Shown in pieces: positions 48,458-52,004 of a stretch of DNA of 52,004 nt (its first letter is position 1; every line of letters starts with the position of its first letter). Position numbers and translations under genes: made by a program. A model generated the notes under the pieces. It did no database searches and had not been told where the DNA came from. It saw only the letters and a program-made list of their open reading frames with translations. The DNA is from Diploschistes diacapsis (taxonomy: Eukaryota), in assembly GCA_023645945.1 (NCBI GenBank), contig JALAIB010000010.1, positions 1-52,004 of the forward strand, in the 5' to 3' direction.

Positions 48458-51034
48458 ATGCAGTTCAAACTCGCCGCTCTCCTGCTCCTTGCAGCAGCAA
48501 ATGAGAGCTTGGCTGCTTTCAAGCGCCCTATGCGATCGAGGATTCTTGCAGCAGGTAGAGCTGGACAAGAGTCGAAGATCGCAGCGCATCGGTTAAAGAC
48601 GACCAAGGATGCTGGCGACAGCGCCAGCTGCAACTCTACCGGCACCATCACCACCACCGCACCGAAGACAAATATTTTCGGAGGGCTGTCGGACGACGAG
48701 TTCGCAGCCGTCACGGCTTTCCTACACAACCAGACGGCGGTGAACCTTACCGCGGTTGCTAATGCCACAGCGTATGTATAACGCGGTAGAACCAGGCGTC
48801 CATGGCTAATCCGCGCCTGTAGCTGGGACAACACACTCATAAACCTGGATCTCCTACAGCCAAACAAGACGGATGCCCTGAACTACCTGGACAACAACGG
48901 CTCGGCTCCGCTGCGATACGCCCATGCCACGGTCCAAGTCGGTGCTACGCTCAACCCCTACGTCCAGGAGTACCAGGTCGGGCCGTTGCCTATAAGCAGT
49001 AACACCACTGCCGTTCCATTAACCTACATCTACAACACTGGAAACGGAGGGAAGATGCCAATCTTCAATGCTGACGCGGTCGCCATCTCGCAGTTTCAAT
49101 ACACAGTTGGTGCTTCGATCCAAAACATTACCATAGGGCTGATCAATGGGGTGAGCTTAAAACTTTTTGAAGTGCTTCGGGATGATACGAACGGGTTTAC
49201 TGACCGACTCAGACCGCTGCTGGCTCCACCAACGACACCCTGCTGATTGGCGGCAACGATCCTGTCATCCACGAGGGTGATAGAGTCGTGCAGTGGAATC
49301 AGTTCTACGCCATAAACACGGGCATATTCTTCGACGAGACTGTGCTCCCGACTGGCTTGGAATTCAAGACCGATATCACCGGTCGCGATCCGTCTCAGTG
49401 GTCCGTGGTCGGCTGGTACTATGCCGGCCAGTTTTGGAACACCACCGCGGACTTCGTTGCCGCTGCCAGCGCACCGGGATTCAAGAAGTACAATACGCCC
49501 ATCGATGGAACATGGGCGTCGACAGACCAGGAAGGTCCCCTTCTGCCAAACGACAATCTGTATCCGCCAACTGCCCTTCAGCCGCAGGGAACCCGTTACG
49601 CGGTTGACATGGAGCAGAAATACGTTGAGTGGAGTAAGTCCCAACGTCAAGGGGACAAAGTTTCCTGCATCGGCTAACTCGCAATCAGTGGGCTTCAGCT
49701 TCTACGTTGGCTTCACTCGAGACTTGGGTATGCAAATCCACAACATCGAGTACCAGGGCCAGAGAATCATCTACGAACTCGGTCTGCAGGAGGCCCTTGC
49801 GCACTACGCCTCGTTCGATCCTCTCCAGTCCGCAACCGCCTACCTTGACAGCTACTACGGTTTCGGCCCCAGCACCTTCGAGCTCGTTCAGGGGTTCGAC
49901 TGTCCCACGTACGCGACGTACATGAACGTCTCCTTCTACGCATCCGAGGTCAGCCACACGCACGCCAACGCCATCTGTCTGTTCGAGAACGACCCGCAAT
50001 ACCCCATCTCTCGCCACATCTCCGCCGACTACGTGAGCGTCACCAAGAACGTGAATCTCGTGCTCCGCAGCGTCGCGACGGTCGGCAACTATGACTACAT
50101 GTTCGAGTACGAGTTCCACCTGGACGGCTCGATCCACGTCACCGTGCGCGCCTCGGGCTACATCCAGGGCGCGTACTACGCCCACAACGAGGAATACGGC
50201 TTCCAGATCCACGATGCGCTCAGCGGCGACATGCACGACCACGTCATCAACTACAAGGTCGATCTCGACGTGCTTGGCACGAAGAACAGTCTGATGCGCC
50301 AGGAGGTGGTGCCGGCCACGGTCCAATACGCCTGGTCTCCCACTCCGCGCAACACGATGAAGGTCCGGCGGAGCTTCGTCGACAACGAGAAGGACGGCAA
50401 GATCGACTGGAACTACAACAGCGCCGTGACGTACGCCGTCGTCAACAAGGACGAGAAGAACGCGTACGGCGAGTACCGCGGCTACCAGGTCGCGCCTGCA
50501 TCCGGCAGCGTCATCCACCTGACGGTCCGGAACTCGACAGACCTCGGCTCCTCGGCCAACTGGGCGACGAACCACCTGTACGCCCTGCAGCGCCACGATA
50601 CCGAGCCACGCAGCGCGTACGCCTACAACAACCAGGACACGCGCAGCCCGGCCGTCGACTTCGGGCAGTTCTTCAACGGCGAGTCGCTGGACCAGGAGGA
50701 CATCGTGCTGTACTTCAACCTGGGCATGCACCACGTGCCGCAGACGGCCGACCTGCCCGTTACCGTCTTCACGACGGCGGAGTCGAGCCTGCTGATCATC
50801 CCGGAGAACTACATGGACCGCAACCCGTCGCAGGCCACCATTCACAACGTGAGGGTCATGTTCAACAACGGCATCGTGGATGACGTCGAGACGTTCGGCA
50901 CCGTGGTGCCGCAGTGCCAGCTCGACTTTGGCACCGTGAGCACGAACCTGAGCGGATACACGGGCGAGATCGTCACGCCCAAGTTCCCGTACGATCCGGC
51001 CGCCGCGCAGGTGGCGAACCCGGGCCAGTCTTAG
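48458..51034 (+). CDS. Secreted copper-containing (TPQ) amine oxidase, 4 exons
   Basis: Exons 48458-48771, 48823-49150, 49213-49633 and 49689-51034. Signal peptide MQFKLAALLLLAAA, catalytic Asp in AYLDSYYG, TPQ motif TVGNYDY, Cu ligands MHDH and GMHHVP. Confidence 0.93.
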
Positions 51035-51566
51035 AGGAGCCGAGACGGGGGCGGCGAAGGTGTTGTATTTTAGATATTGCATTGGTCCGGGATACAGCTT
51101 ATGTAGCACTCTTTAATTTAATCCTTTGGGCATTGTAACTAGGAATTGATCGGTCCCATACGCCATGTGTGGCTACGTCTCCCCCGTCCTTTGCCCCCTA
51201 CGTTCTTCTCCGCGGAAAAACTACCCTCTCGAATATTGATGAAAGCTTTTGCACTTCAAACGCCTCTCCCACCGTCTTGATAACCCGAAGACGAACCCGA
51301 AGAAAGCTTCAGACCAGATCGGGAATAACAATAGACTGCAAGGCATCTCAAGTTTTATACGATGGTCGTTAACCTAAAGCATCCTGTGAGTTCCCCTGGG
51401 CGTTTAAAAGGACGTGGAGGTATCTGGCGTGCAGATCTTTCCTTCTGTATCATCCCGCAACGCTATGCTTACCGTGCAGGTTATATGTCCTTTTATTCAA
51501 TACAGAGAGCAGCTGCTGCTACTCTCTTTACATCAGCAGTCTCACGTAGGATGTATTGCCTTTCTC

Positions 51567-51671
51567 GCTGCTGCTGCTGCTGCTACGATGGCTGGTGGAC
51601 GTACTAACTTGGATATCGAATTTCTAGCGGCCCGGTTTGGTACCCACTACTACTACTGTTATTATTATTAC
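51567..51671. repeat. Trinucleotide microsatellites (GCT)n and (TAC)n/(TAT)n
   Basis: gctgctgctgctgctgct near 51567 and tactactactgttattattattac near 51648. Confidence 0.75.
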
Positions 51672-52004
51672 TTTAATACATCCAACCGCCTACCTTGACC
51701 TGGTTGATAGATGGGATACATTCCTTCCTTCCCGGGGGGGGGGCCTTTCCACCATACATACATACCTCTCCGTATGTATGCGTTCTCATCCTTCACTCCT
51801 GTCTCAATACCGCAAACTGATAAACCGGGGACACACGAATAAAATAACAAAGACGTCCCCTACGTTCCTATTATCTCTTTTCTTTTCCTATTTTCCCCCA
51901 TTCCCTATCGAACATCTTTAAACAACACCCGTCTTTCACCGTCTCTTATATATAGTTAGTATTTTTTCCATCTTCTTCCTCGAGAAGGAGAGGAGGATTC
52001 ATAT

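Noticed and set aside
49685..51109. 474-aa antisense ORF
   Set aside because: Mirror of the GC3-biased amine oxidase exon with no recognisable motifs.

Overview
Eukaryotic DNA from a filamentous ascomycete (Pezizomycotina-type): short GT-AG introns with CTRAC-like branch sites and no prokaryotic features. Conserved genes occupy 0.5-19 kb (Sua5, Rqc2/NEMF, Rad21, Pmr1, coatomer zeta, a 110-aa Cys-rich protein, a LAMTOR1/Ego1-like anchor) and 37.7-51 kb (Pan2, a class III sirtuin, ATP-dependent PEP carboxykinase, a secreted copper amine oxidase). Between them lie a secreted Ser/Thr-rich repeat glycoprotein, an intronless membrane protein and a ~14 kb stretch (23.8-37.7 kb) with no intact gene. 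In that stretch I read decayed NACHT/winged-helix/ankyrin (NLR-like) motifs and possible protein-kinase motifs. It ends in an array of nine TCATATATA cores at ~29-bp period with divergent spacers. Other points of interest are a spliced, in-frame, presequence-like N-terminal extension of PEPCK, a hairpin in a PEPCK intron, dual in-frame AUGs in Sua5 and MCB-like boxes upstream of rad21. Exon boundaries and relic translations were done by eye and no database search was run.
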